Source of the DNA: Pecten maximus
Lineage: Eukaryota
DNA: 64,000 nucleotides
Assembly (NCBI RefSeq): GCF_902652985.1
Contig: NC_047016.1
Coordinates: forward strand, 9,858,001 to 9,922,000
Reading direction: 5' to 3'
Every line of letters starts with the position of its first letter. Positions within the stretch are counted from its first letter, which is position 1. A program made the translations under genes and the position numbers. This document shows, one piece after another, positions 49,779 through 63,114 of the stretch. Under the pieces are notes generated by a model, which was not told the DNA's origin, made no database searches, and saw nothing but the letters and a program-made list of their open reading frames with translations.

Positions 49779-50859
49779 ACATGTAGTCAAAGAAATATGT
49801 CAAAATGATTAGAAATTTAGGTTGTTAATGTGTAATAATCAGAAAGGTTGTAGTACCAGGATTATATGGCTGTATGTCCCTTCAATACTGTAATGGGTTA
49901 TGGCACATGGTTCAGTTTTAATTTAGACTTGTTGTTGATGTATGGTGCTGTTGCAGTCTGAAGATCTCTTCTGTCAATTTCAAACCAATCTCTTTGAAAC
50001 TTAAATTGGTAGGTTCTATAATCAGAATGTTGATTTCATGAGTTTTTAAGGGTTATTTCATTTTGGAATTTTAAATTTGCCTTGGAAATCTCCATTCAAC
50101 TCTTGAAAATCTCTATAAAATCTATCTTTTTATTGTAAGAAAGTAAGTCAATTTGGGATGTGATTTGTATATCCACAGTATTGTTCATTTTGGCTATAGC
50201 CTTATTTATACAGAAGGTTGTCCAGAGTATAGCTTGCTACTTTACCTACATTGCCAAGACAATGATTAATACTTCATTTATGTCTTGTTCCTCTCTTCAC
50301 TTATAATATTTTATGTAATATTGGAAATAATGCAAACATGACTTTTTAAAGGTGAAGCAATTTGGATCTGCCTGCCTGATTCCTTTGGCTAGTAAAGTTA
50401 AGTGTATATATTTTGTATCTACAAATCCTAAAATATTTCCCTGTACCTTAGTAACACACTACATTATATTTTGGCACAGTTTTAAATGTAATACGATGAG
50501 TGTACAAATTGTTGCTGCAGGGCATGACTGGCCGATTTATGTTGTTTGGTTTCTATTGTTTATTTTTATCACAAATCAGTATAGTTTTTGTACATATGTA
50601 ATGTTCACCAAGTTTATATTTTATTGTAATTGTGCTGCCATGACTACCTTATGGACCAAGTTTAAATTACTTTTTGATATTGTAATACCTGGGTATTCAT
50701 ACTATAGAAAAGTTTTCATTGTTAATAATTTTACTATACATAAACATGTATTACATTGTATGTCTCAACATCATCACATGTGCATATTTTTGTTGTGAAC
50801 TTCATAATAATGTAGTTTGTGAAAAAAGATATTCAGCTGAAGGTACTGTAGAGGCTATT

Positions 50860-51060
50860 GACACATGGGTTAACATGTGAAAGTTATTTGATAATTTTAC
50901 TGGTTGTAAGGACATATGGGGCAGTTGCCTGGTACTGGCCATAGATCGCTTGTTTTTCTCCAGGAACTTCGGCTTTTCCCTACCTCAAAAAACCAGGCAC
51001 ATCCTTAAATGTCCCTGGCTGTTAATAGGACGTTAAACAAAATAGGCCAAATAAACCAAA
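50860..51060 (+). mobile_element. SINE 3' part (V/Meta-like central domain)
   Basis: GTTTTTCTCCAGGAACTTCGGCTTTTCC central motif and CCTGGCTGTTAATAGGACGTTAAAC tail followed by an A-rich end. Confidence 0.55.
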
Positions 51061-53516
51061 CGCCAGGACATACCCTACAGAAGCTCTAAAGTATGTTAAG
51101 TTAGCAGGCCCCTGTGTCAACAATATTCCTTAGCTTGAAACTTTTCACTGGAAAACATTAATGGATTTATAGGAAAATCTTAAGGAATTTGAATCTTCCT
51201 TCAATAATACAGAATCCCCTTAAGTTAAGGGATATGTTGATGAAACTGGGGTCAGCTATTTCAAAGTTGAATTTTGTTTTTGTAATATATACATATTAGC
51301 AATAAAGCTGTATACTGGTCAAAACGTGAACCGTATACTATTAATCATAACTGGTTTTCTGTCTGTTATTACAGCCTTCCGGCCTTTCAGCTGACAAGTT
51401 TAAAAATCTGATGTTGTACCATTGATATCATATAAACAGATTATCTCCCTTTAACATAGGATAAAACATTCACAGCCACAGTCTCGGACGACACGTTCTT
51501 GTTGTTTCGAGAACAGTGTAGAACATGTTCCTGTAAATTTTCGCCCCGTCTCCGTGAACGTAGCAGAAACATTGGCGTCCACAAACCATTAGTGGGCAGC
51601 TGAAAATCTCAAACACTCATTATACTCTTATTTATACGTCATAAGTCACTATACTGTGCAGATATTATTTAAATAACAGTATAGCGATTTCCCGCATCAG
51701 TGATGTTTATTGAGCACAATATGGATAAAGTGCAGACGTTTGGCAGTCTACATAAAGACAATGCCTTGTTCTTGCTGTGTATGGTCTAGGTTTCGATACG
51801 AGATTCTTGTTTTTGGAACATGTTCTGTGCCCTTTCTCAATGTCAGGGCGCTAAGAACCAAGAACGTTGTTCTTATTGTCACCCAAAGACACCCAAAATG
51901 CCACGGCAACCGGTTCCATGCCTCTGTCTGTCGGTAACGGAAAAAAAAAAAAAAAAAAACCCTAGCACATATACACTGCTGATGTCACCAGCGGATAAAC
52001 AATGCTGAATACATTGAATAACTAACTAAAGCTAGCATGGGTGATGCTGTATGGACTTCAGACATCACCCTAAAAAGGCTCCAAAAATGGTAATGGGCTT
52101 CAGCAGCTGCTCAGATCGGCGGCCTTGGGGTCGGTTGTTGATTACTTTAGTAGACTGGTGATAATGTTAATGTTATACATATATCAGGCGGAGCTAACAA
52201 TTTTCAACCATTTCGTATGTACACCATGGTTTCACCTGTTAACATTAACCAGTAGTGTGTGGTGGATTCATTGGTGGAGGGTCCTTAAGAGCGTTGCAAG
52301 TATATGAGGGAGAGGATGGCAAAGGGTCAGGATTTGTGCAGAGAAAAATCAGCGTCTTGTTGGTAAATAGATTTCCGTATATCACTACCTGTTATTTTAA
52401 ACGTGACGTTTTGGCGTTTAAACTGTCACGTTTCCCCAGACAAATGGACAACTGGCTGTGATATAGGAAATCTAATCGTACAAACAATTACCAACCACAA
52501 AAATGTTCCATAACGTATTGGGAGCTCTGCTAGATAATTTTTGGCTGCCCCGTACAGTCGGAATGGGAGTTCCGCGAGATTCGCAAGAAGAATCAGAATT
52601 ACAGCCATCGGGTGATTGGAGAGAAGCTGCAGTGAGAGCATTACTGATATTGGTTATAAGGAAGGGAGGAGTCATTGTGGACGCCGACATTGACAAGCCC
52701 TAACAGCGAAATGATGTGATCGAGGACTGGAAGAATCACTTCACGGCTTGACGACTTTTCTTGTAATATGTAGCTATGGCCTAGTGTATGTATCCATACA
52801 TGGACTCACCGTAACTATGGACTTGTATATTCCATAACAATAATGGGACTCTCCGAGCCTTCAGAAACATTTCGTCTTCATTATCACCGGGATAACTTGG
52901 TATTTAACGTTAGAATCAGTTGCATGTGATAAATCTGATATATCACTACTCGGAGAAAGTACGTAACTTTCTTTTCAATCGCGATTCCAACATGGCAGAA
53001 CTCAGTCGAGTGCCGTTGTATTATTATTTCATTCTTTAGATTTCAAATAACGACGTTGTTTTAAGTACCTCGGCAAAACAATGAGCGCAAACTTATATAA
53101 ATGAATATTTTAATTGTCTATACAGTGGAATCATTAATATAATGGAAAAGACACTGGGTATCTGGACATTTCACATATTTAGCTTTATACAAAACAGGTG
53201 CCCTCGTCAGTGAGATATTGTCAATGCGTATCACTAACGATGACTGCGTTAGACACTAGAAAGGCCAAACTTTGATGACTCTTGTAGATATTTTCCTTCT
53301 GTGCTTAGTACGTAACTACGGTACCCATGACACGTGCTGACCTATCCCGATCTTGCACGTGTGGTACCTAAAGGGTAACGCTGTATACAGCTGTTATGGT
53401 AATTAATTCTATGTACAGGGATTACACAGAAGTTAGATATAAACTTGAAGATTTCTTCACATGGCAATGAAGAGAACACGTCATCACGGAAACACCCTGA
53501 ACCGGAAGTGATTACG

Positions 53517-55708
53517 TCATCTTGTCTTGCGGATAGGACCTGTCACGATGATACCTGCGAAAAGAATAGATACATTTATGACTGAATTCCCTGAAGTAGT
53601 TTTCTACTCTATGCTTGGCTCCGCTTCGAAAATACAGTGTGAGGAAAACTTATGTGAGAAGCATAACGGAGATAAATTGCATCAAGGCAAGAAACTCCGG
53701 CAAAATAGATGCGAGTTGTGTAACTTCAATTTTAGCATGACACGAACATAAACAATGATAAACAAAGAAAAAGAATTGTCACGAAGATGTTGGATTGTGG
53801 TTCAAATAGACAACTTGATGTGTCGTTTACTAATATACAGTGTTCTAACGTTGTAAAATGTAACCCAAGACCTAGACAAAAGTACTATATATAAGCATGA
53901 AGGTTTCTGCTGTAAACTACCGACCCGCCTACCTTTTCCTCTGTAGACCATGGTGACTGCTGCCCCTGGTGACGTAGCTGATATCATAGGATACACAGTT
54001 TGTCCCTCAATGTCCATATCGGAGAAGGCGCACCCATAAAATATCCCATCAGCCCCAAATAATAATTTCCTCTCTGGTATGTCGACATACATGTAAAATC
54101 TGTCCGGTAACTTACGTTGACCACCCCTGGGAAACTTTGAAATCTCCTTTCCGTTGTGAACCGTACGTGACGTCACAAGATCAATTCCCCATGAATCCTT
54201 TGTTTCTCCAACTAGGGCAGCACTTTTATGAAGGTAAATTGGTGCGCTTTCGTTTGCGATTCCCACACTAGCATGTTTTCCTCGCATCCACGTCGGGAAA
54301 CCTATCTCAAAGATGTGACGGCCTTTACAAAATCCTCGACTCCATTTCACTCCATATGTTGTCTCCGGATCTGGAAGAAATTTTAAATCAAAACTAATAG
54401 CTAATGGTTATTTGACGTGTTCCTGTTGTCAGTGATCATAACGCAAATCACAAGAGGTGAACGGAATGTTTGATTGAGGAGACTTTACCTACCTCCAACA
54501 TAAGATTTGGGAGTTCTTCTCTCTTGATTTTACCTTCCTCCAACATAAGATTTGGGAGTTCTTCTCTCTTGATTTTACCTTCCTCCAACATACGATTTGG
54601 GAGTTCTTCTCTCTTGATTTTACCTACCTCCAACATAAGATTTGAGAGTTCTTCTCTCTTGATTTTACCTTCCTCCAACATCAGATTTGGGAGTTCTTCT
54701 CTCTTGACTTTACCTATCTCCAATACTACATTTGGGAGTTCTCTCTTGACTTAACCTACCTCCAATACCAGATTAGGGAGTTCTTCTCTTTTGATTTTCT
54801 CCAATACCAGATTTGAGGATTTGAGAGTTCTTCTCTTTTGATTTTACCTATCTCCAATATCAGAATTGGGAGTTCTTTTCTTGACTTTACTCACCCTTTG
54901 ATTGATTAACTACTGTGTTTTCATTAATCCTCCTGAAACCGGTTGCCTTGGCGACAAGGTGATCTGCAAATGTTCTGTTGGAACGGACCGTTGTTGACAT
55001 CCAAGGGGCGGGGTCCTCACCGCCAGCAGTATCTATACATATGTTGAAAATATCAGTTTTAATTGATCTTCAATTCGTTAAATGACTTCTCGAAAATATT
55101 ACCAATACATATCGCCAAGTCAATAAATTAGTCCCATCATTCATTTCAGATATTGTGTTTCTCTGACTGTAACCATTTTAGAGACATGATACACGGGATT
55201 AAATCAATCTGTTGATACTGTGGATATTCTAACCTAGTAATCTGACGTGATTACTAGTGTGACTTAAATGACCATTTTGTAAATTGAAGACCACGGATGA
55301 GTTTATTGGGCGCCATTACGATCTGATTAGGGAACGTTTTACTTCCTTGCGTGGTATTAAGTTATACAATGTTAATATGCCAGGTGGTTCCGTTATCTAA
55401 CCTGATCTCATATTAGGTTGGCCTAGAGTGACATTGGGGTTTATTGATAAACAGATAACGCTGACCATTCCGGATTAACTGGTCTCATATTATGACCTTG
55501 ATTGGCCTAAAGTGGTAAAAAGTTCACTGTACCAAAACTATAGAAAGTTATAACAAGTTCACTGTACCTAAACTACAGAAATCGGTAACAAGTTCACTGC
55601 AATTTTGATAAGCGTTAACATCTTCAGCTAGTGAAATATCGTGCATGAGAATATGAAATACTTACCGACACTGGAGTGCCATGTATTTGGACTTACTACA
55701 TTGCCCAT
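53517..55708 (-). CDS. SPSB/Gustavus-like SPRY (B30.2) domain protein, 218 aa, N-terminal MGNxxS, no SOCS box
   Basis: Exons 55708-55666, 55032-54895, 54370-53933 and 53554-53517 (657 nt, all introns phase 1). SPSB motifs GFCKGRHIFEI, RGKHASVGIA, LVGETKDSWGIDL, PDRFYMYVD, YGCAF and VYPMISA; ends GKGIIVTGPIRKTR*. Confidence 0.82.
54480..54893. repeat. 45-bp minisatellite starting at the exon-2 donor of the SPRY gene
   Basis: (TTGATTTTACCTTCCTCCAACATAAGATTTGGGAGTTCTTCTCTC)n, about 9 copies. Confidence 0.92.
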
Positions 55709-57526
55709 TCAACCAGTGTTGCTGATAGCCGCTCCGTTACCATTCTGTCAACATGACACACATAATCCCCTAGTATTGGAGTATGAGGCAAGTAGATTAA
55801 TAATCTTAAGTAAATATATACAATAAAAAGAGTTAGTTTGACTTTCCTCTATTGACTTTCCTGTATTATCGGAATGGTTCGATTTACCTTTCCAAAGCTA
55901 CAATTACGTGGCAGAGTAGCCTAGCTAATAGTTGATCTCCGACAAGGTTACACTGTTCTCAACACGGAAGGTATTAACAGGTTTAACACAAACATAACTA
56001 CTAAACACCATTTATCACTCTTGACATAAACAGTGTCCATCGACACACTGAATCTAGTGTTAACACATATCCACAACGTATTTATATATCCCGTTAATGC
56101 ATTCTGTACCACTAATAACATGAATGTTTTCAAATACTCGCATGCATTGATACCCTTACCTATATCTGACATGCCTCAGGTGCCATGTTGTACGCCGATA
56201 TCCAGGTTGTAACATGAATACATTGTGTACCTGTAAATAGTACACAAGGAACCCCCAGAACGTTAAAGCCCGCGTGTCTAACTACTGTGAATGACTAGAT
56301 AACCACCCAATACACTAACATATATATATATACACTACTAACACATACATATAGATATATACACTAACGCGTGTCTCGCTCTGTCCACTAGATCAGGATC
56401 ATTAGTATGCCAGTTCAGTGCTGAAGAATGGTTTACCAATTATCATTATTACACGGACAACAAAAGAGGTATATTTACCGATATTTACCGATATTTAAAA
56501 TAACTCTGCTATACGGATTACCTGTTTTGTATTGTAACTGACGAAATGGAAATTTTGATTTTATATTTTGCTTCTTTCAAAACATTTGTTATTTCGTACA
56601 CTTAAAAAAAATCAATCTGAGAGAGAAACATACTCATTTAAAGCTATCAATACATTGAACTTCCCAGCTTACCGATATTGGTTAAGCCGGGCTATTTATA
56701 TTGATACCGATCACATCGAGATTTAAAGCATGGTCAGCTCAATGCTATACCTGTTATTGGTTGTTAATTTAAGGGGAGCTTGTATTGGGCACAAAATCGT
56801 ACAGATAAAACATCAGCACTTAGATATCGAAATCAAAGTGTTCAAACCTGTGGACAAAATGATTAAGGACTACGGACCACAGACTCGCCACGTCGGTGAA
56901 GCTGACTATATCCAATCGATTAGGAACTCGGAACATATTAACTTCGGTTATTCAAATGGTCAGCACCAATATATTAATTCACACGGCCCACTTATGGTCA
57001 TTGAAGCCTACTTACAGGTGTGAAGAAAACAAAATAGCCGATCTTCTAGTTGTACGCCTTTCTTGGTCCTTTTGGACAATCAATACGTCTCGTCGTATTA
57101 CAATGAACACTTACCAAAATCAAGCTTTCATATTATTTATTAGTTACTTTCATTCATTTTGATTCCATTGTTACTAAACTCATTATGATAATATACAGTG
57201 GAATGTTCATGTCCAGATAATGTCAATATTTGGTATATGCCATTTAGCAATGTCGAGAGCCTTTGGTCAAGGTCGCAGTAATAAGACAGGCATTGATCAG
57301 AATTATAAAGTTATTTAGACAACAAAATACGTTCTGTGAATTTTGTAATAAACTTCAGGAATGTAGAATCGATACAAGCCATTCCTCTCGAGTAAACGAC
57401 TATGCAAGCTTTCTAACGTCAAAATGCATTGCAATACTAAAACAACAATACATTTAAAACAATTATCTCCAAACGCGATACTTTGCCTATATTTTCATGT
57501 CTAATATTTACACATTTCATTCAAAT

Positions 57527-58600
57527 CTACAGACTAGAACTTGCTGGCGTTCTCAATGATTGGGAACCAAATTTGATCGTAGCGACAGCAACACATTTCG
57601 ACGACGATTTATTATGAATAGAGAAATGCACTAATTGGTCGTTTGTTTTATCTTGCCATGTGGAAACCGTCAATATCTCGCAGGCGCGAGATTCGCCGAG
57701 ATGTATGATATCGAACTCTAGAACTGGGTACAAGAGTATATCTGACGTGAAGTGTCTATAATAACCGGACTGAGACGCTTCCTCTACACCCTCCAGACAG
57801 AACTGTATGTATTCTGTCTGATTGACATGGTTGTTGAAGTCTGTGTCACTATATCTGGTTTTCACTTCACTCCGGAAACACTCTTCGGGAACTTGCTGAA
57901 ATTCTCGACTTGTTTTGACTTCATTTTGTAAAAGATCAAAGTTAGCACTAGTAGCAGACGTATGTTTTACTTTGAACCACTTGGGCAGTGGAGTTGGGCG
58001 TCTGGTGTCCACATTCGTCATGACGAGAGCGGTTACGCAACGGGCAAGCTCTACTTTTGTATCTGCGCATGACAGGATGTACAGATTGGTCATAGATGTG
58101 CGCCCTACTGCAGCTGCTCGACTCGCCACAAGAAGATCGGACGACGATAAGCGTACAATGTCACAATAAAGATGATTTGACAGTCTCAGACTCTGGCTTA
58201 CGAGGAAAAAGGCATGTGTATAATCATTATCAATGTTAGCACGGTCAAAATATCCATTCCGAAATGCCAAGAACGCTGCATTCATGAAGAATTTTGCGGT
58301 GGATCGTATTCCCAAATGCCCTGGAAAAAGAAATGGTTTTAGTTGTCCATGGACAGTTTTTATCGGAATCATTTCTTGTTTAAATAGGTACAAAACAAAT
58401 TTCTTTCGAGTAATGTTTTCACCACCAGCTTTAATATACATGTAGATGCATTTATAAGACCGAATACCATATAGGTGACCGCACCTGTTCTATCCAAGTA
58501 AGATGATGGGAATTCCTCTAAACAACACCAGCCCACTGTGAGAGTTAACAGAAATGATCTTGTACTGGGGAGTATCATGGGCACCACTGAAAAAAGACAT
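57527..58600 (-). CDS. Intronless double hot-dog acyl-ACP/acyl-CoA thioesterase-like protein (5' end frameshifted)
   Basis: 304-aa ORF with RYSDTDFNNHVNQTEY (acyl-ACP thioesterase catalytic motif) and an N-domain VGRTSM...TRRPTPLPKWF. Probable ATG at 58600 needs two frame changes to join the main ORF. Confidence 0.72.
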
Positions 58601-58760
58601 GTCAAAATAAATTATATGATTTTTAGATTTGGAAGATGGACTTTGTTTACAGAATTGCTTCGTGTTGGTCGTAGCGAACCCGAGCACAAGCAAAGGGAAT
58701 GAACTCACTTAAAATCGAGTTATGATAACATTTCACCTGAGAAAGATATAGAGGATATTG

Positions 58761-58903
58761 AATGGTTTTCCGTTGCATATTACATATATTTCACTCATAT
58801 GACAGAATATCGATATTTTCACGAGTGCGAAGCACGAGTGAAAAATATCGAAATATTATGTCATATGAGTGAAATATATCTTATATTCAACGGGAAACCA
58901 TTC
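58761..58903. mobile_element. ~140-bp palindromic terminus of a probable Crypton-type non-autonomous element (extending to ~60250)
   Basis: CACTCATATGACA..ATATCGATATTTTCACGAGTGCGAAGCACGAGTGAAAAATATCGA..TGTCATATGAGTG; related TTTCACTGCTCATCGCTGC and TTTCACTGGCAAAAATGCAA motifs at 60150-60250. Confidence 0.5.
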
Positions 58904-60317
58904 ATTTTTCTTTTTATTGCATTTTATATACTTAAAAACATTTAAGTTTAAAAAATCGAAAAATTAATTGTGTCAAAAAGTGCGGGAATCAGTAATGACA
59001 TCATTTCTTTGTGACGTTACTCCTCGTCAACTTGACGGCGCCATTTTGAAAGGACTGATCAGCGCAATTTAGAGTCATATACTCCCAAACAACCTAAAAT
59101 TCAAGTTGCACATATGTATTAATGGTAATCCAAGACGCTCATTCACGCTATCCTAACATAACAATGACCACTGGCCTGGACGCTTGACTGGGGGAGTCCT
59201 TGAGACATCAGTGTATAAAAATAACTCGCCGCATTTATATTTATAGCGAGATTTGTCACGGAGGCGAGAACGAGGCTATAACAACGTGCGATGCACATAA
59301 ACTACACACATGGGCGTTGTTTACATCGAGCATACGTGAACTTTTCCAAATAATGCTTTCATTTAAACATATTAACAGAATATTCGCGTAATACCCAGGT
59401 AACTGAATAAAATCAACAAACATAATTTACATTTAAATACTTAATTCTAAAATGTAGCAATATGCATACAACAAAACATCGATAAAATTTTAGATCGGTG
59501 AGGTTGACAATGTTCAAAAGCTAATCAGCAATCCAATAGACGTCCGGCAAAATCGGAATTCGAGTCTATTTCCTTTTCTTCTCTTGCTAAGTTCCAACGA
59601 ATCATTTCCTTTCCTAAGGAAATACTCGTGTTTTGCCGATTCAACTCACTTTTGCGTTTTTGTTTTTTTTTGGCAGATTCTGTCTGCGTTTTCGCAGGTC
59701 CACGCTTTCGGCGTTCCACCTTTTTGTATGGACTGTAAAACCTGTCGTTGCATTGTGGGACTAATTATCAGAGAAACTTGGTCCGGCAGCCACAGCTATC
59801 ATTTTTGGGAATTCCCCGTATACATTCATAAATACACATTTTCTTTCAGTTTCTGATTCACGATAATCTGTCAGGCATGTATCAAGTCCGAAAACTGTAA
59901 AAAGCTCAAAATGTAAACATTGATATATGTTTCTTCGGGAGTATGTGACTTTAAGCGTTTTCTGCTGTTATTGGAGAATCTGTGCATGAATAGCTAACGT
60001 CAAGTGAGTATTTTGTCAAAAACTAGTCAGAATATTTCAGAAATACAGCAAAATAACTAATTTATCTATCTCCGCTTCGATTGGGAAAATCGACAAGTTT
60101 CAATGAGGTGAATACAAAGGTTCGCACTGATTGGTCAAAAACGGAAAACTTATATTTTCACTGCAAAATCTTATAATTTCACTGCTCATCGCTGCAAGGT
60201 TTATTAGTTTGATAAATTTCTATATTTCACTGGCAAAAATGCAAAAAAAGGGAAATATCAGATTATACGTAAACCTCTCTAAACCTCTGCAATATGTCAT
60301 GGCGAATGAAATGTGTA

Positions 60318-60645
60318 TCTATTTGACTGGTGTCAACACAAATACCATTTTGACCGGTGTCCACACAACTACCTATTTGACCGGTGTCCACACAACTACC
60401 TATTTGACCGGTGTCCACACAACTACCTATTTGACCGGTGTCCACACAACTACCTATTTGACCGGTGTCCACACAACTACCTACATGTATTTGACCGGTG
60501 TCCACACAACTACCTATTTGACCGGTGACAACACAACCACCTATTTGACTGGTGACAACACAACCACCTATTTGACCGGTGTCCACACAACTACCTATTT
60601 GACTGGTGACCACACAACTACCTATTTGACTGGTGTCCACACAAC
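60318..60645. repeat. 27-bp minisatellite (CTATTTGACCGGTGTCCACACAACTAC)n
   Basis: About 12 copies; source of the 202-aa pseudo-ORF. Confidence 0.93.
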
Positions 60646-61128
60646 GAATTGTCTGCCGATCATCATCCATATGTACCGGTCATCATCTATTCGAATACAT
60701 TACTGGCGTTTTATATCAGTCTGTCATTACATGTGCTAATCAGTGTTTAATAGGAATGGTATGACACAGCTAGATTTTTGTTATCTACAATGTATATATC
60801 TTGCAAAATCATTATATTGGAAAAATAATTGCTTACCTTCCTCGATACATTGACCAAGGAAATGGAGAGTTCATCCTGCTTCTGTGTCCAATGTCAGTAT
60901 ATAGGTCAAAGTGTATTGTCCCACCACGAACAGTTGTCATGTCTCCGCCTTCGTGTACTACACACAGATACAAATATGTCACCTACCTTAGTTAACGATA
61001 AAATATTACTGATCAAATGTATAAATGAATCATAATCTGACTTACGGGATTTATCCTATACATGGCCTGGTTATCATGTAATTACAAGATGAAAAAAAAA
61101 TCACAAGATGGTGGATCGATAAACATAT

Positions 61129-61169
<41 letters not shown>

Positions 61170-61411
61170 GATTAACTGTTGGTAAATCTCACAACCTCCT
61201 TCCCTCCCATCCATACTCACTAGGCTAGGTCCAAATATACGAAGACTGTAACAAACTCTGCAGTTCATGTTACCTAGCACATTCGAATATGTAAAAGTAT
61301 AGGACATCGGTCATGCTTCCCAATAAAACGAGTAAAATAAATCTCAGGAACTATCATTCTGACTTTAATAATACCATCCATCTGACTTTGTTGTCCCGAT
61401 TAACCTATTAA

Positions 61412-61562
61412 GGTGGTTCTGGGTGGTGGTGCTGGGTGGTGGTGCTGGTGGTGCTGGGTGGTGGTGTTGGGTGGTGGTGCTGGGTGGTGGTGTTGGGTGG
61501 TGGTGCTGGGTGGTGGTGTTGGGTGGTGGTGCTGGGTGGTGGTGTTGGGTGGTGGTGCTGGG
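61412..61562. repeat. G-rich 13-bp repeat (GGGTGGTGGTG(C/T)T)n
   Basis: Directly visible; a poly-G run also lies at 61131-61166. Confidence 0.9.
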
Positions 61563-63114
61563 AGAAGACTACACAGCATTAAAGTAAAGCTAATTTGTAG
61601 AGTTCAATACCAGAGTATATCGGTCGGTTTTCACCATGGTTTCCTTTCGATCCCCTGTCCTTGTCGGTGGAGCTGGTCATCGGACGAAAATGTAATATTT
61701 ATCTTAGAATGACAAACCTTGAACAGCCAGGCTCTATCGAGGAGGACTTTTACATTTGGGACCACGACGGTCAACCGAACTATAGGTGAAGGTGGGGGCG
61801 ATTTGGTTTGATAGGCAGGCCTGGGAATATATCTGACATAACGGTCGATACTATTTGGTAGGAGTCGTGGCTCTGTGTGACCACGGACACTAGGGTTAGG
61901 ATAAATTGTGAGTGTGTTTTGTAGATTGCCTGTCAGAGAGTATAATCTCACTATAGTGAGAAGGTTAGACTGGACACCAGCCCATAACAGTTTTGTTAAT
62001 AATTGCTCAGCTAAATTCTAACACTCCTAGACAGACCCTAAAGACCAAAATCATACAGCTCAATTGTATTTATATTTTTGGCTATTTAGAGTCAAGTTGA
62101 TGGACATTCTAGTGAGAAGGCACGCATAAGAAATTATCTTATCGTATTTTGATGAAATTGGAGGTGTAGGTAGTATGTATAGTACTGAGGTGGGAGGTGG
62201 GCGTTGAAGTGTAGGTAGTATGTATAGTGTTTGCCAATGGGTTAGGTGTAGAGGAGATATGATATAACGTATCACCTTCCTGTGAAGTTCCACTGTCCAG
62301 AAAGGAGAACCGTTGGTAGGAATGGTCCATAGTGAATTTCAGTTATTGCAAAGGTGGTGTAACGATTCTCATTCTATCATAGGTACATCTGTCTGTCATC
62401 TAAAGTGTGGTTTGTACGACGTTCAGATTTCTAGGTCTACCCTGTCATTGCCATCAATGAGAGAATAGAGGATTGTGTTAATATGGTAGTTCAGAATGTT
62501 GGTGGTCAAGTACAATTTAGTTAATGTGTATTTAGACACACTGTATGAAAGATACGTGCCTTTAATAGATAAAACAGCAATAACAAAATCTACAAAATTA
62601 GTACATTGTATATAGTTAAGGAAAGTTTACTACCCTTCGAATTAGCTGAAGCGGGGAAATACGCTGCGTTCGAGATTAAAGATAAACAGTGTTATTTACA
62701 GAATGTTGTTGTATTGTCTCCCTGTACTCATATTGACAATGCACATAGCCATAGAGAGGTGACACGCGCCATCTTTGAATATTACGGAGGTACTTGGTCT
62801 TCTATGGTCATCAACAGAGTTTTGGTTTTGCTTGCGTTTCTTGTGATAGACTATATAAGCATTTGTAATATGACTGGAGTGTTTCCTTAATTTTCATTGG
62901 CCAATTTCCTGTTTCCCTCACTAGTACCCATCAGTGAGTAGACCTGATCGTGCTAAAAAAATAGCTCAGATGGGAAATTCCACAGGCATTGCGGCCATTG
63001 CCGACCTGTTCGTGCTCCAATCTTTGCCTCCAATCACTCAACGTGTTATTTTGGACAATAGCCAATCAGAATGCTGGAAACAAACAATTTTTCGGCATCA
63101 CTTTGTTTACAATA

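Noticed and set aside
60131-60739. 202-aa Thr-rich ORF
   Set aside because: Mostly a 27-bp minisatellite plus transposon-end sequence.
61630-62460. Penelope-like reverse transcriptase remnant (LKFTMDHSYQRFSFLD, minus strand)
   Set aside because: Only one short motif, with other RT motifs not in order; too weak to annotate.
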